DNA of 64,000 bases, taken from positions 81,110,747 to 81,174,746 of the forward strand of contig NC_092385.1 in NCBI RefSeq assembly GCF_030028105.1, in the 5' to 3' direction. A program made the position numbers and the translations under genes. Origin of the DNA: Mobula birostris. Taxonomy: Eukaryota. Under the pieces are notes generated by a model. The model was not told where the DNA came from and did no database searches. It was given only the letters and a program-made list of their open reading frames with translations. Shown one piece after another: positions 62,425 to 64,000 of the stretch. How positions within the stretch are numbered: position 1 is the stretch's first letter; each line of letters starts with the position of its first letter.

Positions 62425-64000
62425 AAATCAAGTCAATTTTATTGTCATTTCAACCATAGCTGCTGGTACAGTACACAGTAAAAACGAAACAACGTTCCTC
62501 CAGGACCATGGTGCTACATGAAACAACACAAATACACTAGACTACCTGACACAACACAAAACTACATTAGACTACATGAAACAACACAAAACTGCACTAG
62601 ACTACCTGAAACAACACATAACTACACTAGACTATGAGAAACAACACAAAACTATATTAGACTTCAACCCTACATAAAGTGCACAAAACAGTGCCAGACA
62701 GTACAATAATTAATAAACAAGACAATAGGCACAGTAAAGGACAAATTACAATATAATAATAAATGATGTAAATGTAAATATAAACAATGTAAACAATGTT
62801 TTAGAAGGAATTGAGAAAGAAATAAGCAAAAATTGTAAAGGGAGTGGAGTGGTGTTCAGGTGAGAGTGTGTGTGTAGGTTGGTGTCAGACTAGACTGGAA
62901 ATTGAGTAGTCTAATAGTTTGGGGGAAAAAACTGTTACATAGTCTGGTCATGAGAGCCCGGATGTTTCGGTACCTTTTGCCAGATGGCAGGAGGGAGAAG
63001 AGTTTGTCTGAGGGTTGCGTGGGGTCCTTCACAATGCTGTTTGCTTTGTGGATGCCGTGTGTGGTGTAAATGTCTGTAATGGCAGGAAGGCAGACCCCGA
63101 TGATCTTCTCAGCTGACCTCACTATCCACTGCAGGGTCTTGCAATCCGAGACGGTGCAATTTCTGAACCAGGTAGTAATGCAACTGCTCAGGATACTCTC
63201 GATACATCCTCTGTAGAATGTGGTGAGGAGGATGGGGGGGGGGGTGGAAGATTATTTTTTCAGCCTTCACAGAAAGTAGAGACGCTGCTGGGCTTTCTTG
63301 GCTACAGAGCTGGTGTTGAGGGGCCAGGTGAACACCAAGAAATTTGGTGCTCTTAACGATCTCTACGGAGGAGTCGTCGATGTTCATCGGAGGGTGGTTG
63401 CTCCATGCTCTCCTGAAGTCAACAACCATCTCTTTCGTTTTGTTCACATTCAAATACAAGTTGTTGGCTCTGCACCAGTCCGTTAGCCACTGCACCTCTT
63501 CTCTGTATGCTGACTCGTCCTTACAGATGAGGCCCACCACGGTCATGTCATTGGCAAACTTGATGTAATTCAAGCTGTGTATGGCTGCACAGTCATGGGT
63601 CAGCAGAGTGAACAGCAGTGGACTGAGCACACAGCCCTGGGGGGGCCCCTGTGCTCAGTGTGATGGTGTTGGAGATGCTGCTTCTGATCCGGACTGACTG
63701 AGGTCTCCCAGTCAGGGAGTCTAGGATTCTGTTGCAAAGGGAGGTGTTCAGGCCCAGTAGACTCAGCTTTCCAATCAGTTTCTGAGGAATGATTGTGTTG
63801 AATGCTGAACTGAAATCTATGAATAGCATTCGAACGTACGTGTCTTTTTTGTCTAGGTGGGTGAGGGCAGGTGGAGGGCGATGACGATGGCACCTCGAGT
63901 GGTTGGGACGATATGCGAACTGCAGGGGGTCCAGTGAGGGGGGCAGCAGGGTCTTGATGTGCCTCATGACGAGCCTCTCAAAACACTTCATGATGTTGGA
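62425..64000 (-). mobile_element. Rex/Babar-type LINE RT and 3' end, runs off the window
   Basis: [13 protein letters not shown]...[11 protein letters not shown]...[36 protein letters not shown]; frameshifts. Confidence 0.92.
62514..62663. repeat. ~29-bp minisatellite, ~5 copies, in the LINE 3' UTR
   Basis: Repeats of ctacatgaaacaacacaaaactacactaga with variants. Confidence 0.85.

Noticed and set aside
62514-62663. CRISPR-like array
   Set aside because: Head-to-tail units with no unique spacers, in a eukaryotic LINE UTR.
59281-64000. Further FANCD2 exon
   Set aside because: No segment matching the expected next peptide with splice sites was found; the region is TE-derived.

Overview
Eukaryotic genomic DNA, vertebrate and very probably a cartilaginous fish such as a ray (inferred from the repeat families, not proven). 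Four genes sit in a matrix that is mostly transposable elements. BRK1 coding exon 1 is on the minus strand at 4171-4288. A disrupted FANCD2OS homolog is on the plus strand at 10377-10905. EMC3 is complete on the minus strand (8 exons, 261 aa, 21919-44796). The first 8 coding exons of FANCD2 are on the plus strand (47824-59280) and the gene continues past the window. These are the neighbours found at human 3p25.3, but the EMC3-FANCD2 block is inverted relative to BRK1-FANCD2OS. Mobile elements include young and old CR1 LINEs, Rex/Babar-type LINEs, RTE, Tx1 and Hero-like LINE fragments, tRNA-derived SINEs, and Tc1/mariner, pogo and hAT-like MITEs. The most notable non-genic signal is a size series of fold-back Penelope-like insertions, most with target-site duplications (TSDs) and minimal hammerhead ribozyme motifs. 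One motif is fully intact on the EMC3 sense strand. The FANCD2 promoter carries a 100-bp tandem duplication of an NRF1/CRE/GC-box/E2F-like module. Most ORFs in the supplied track are TE fragments or shadow ORFs. All homologies were recognised by eye; no searches were run.
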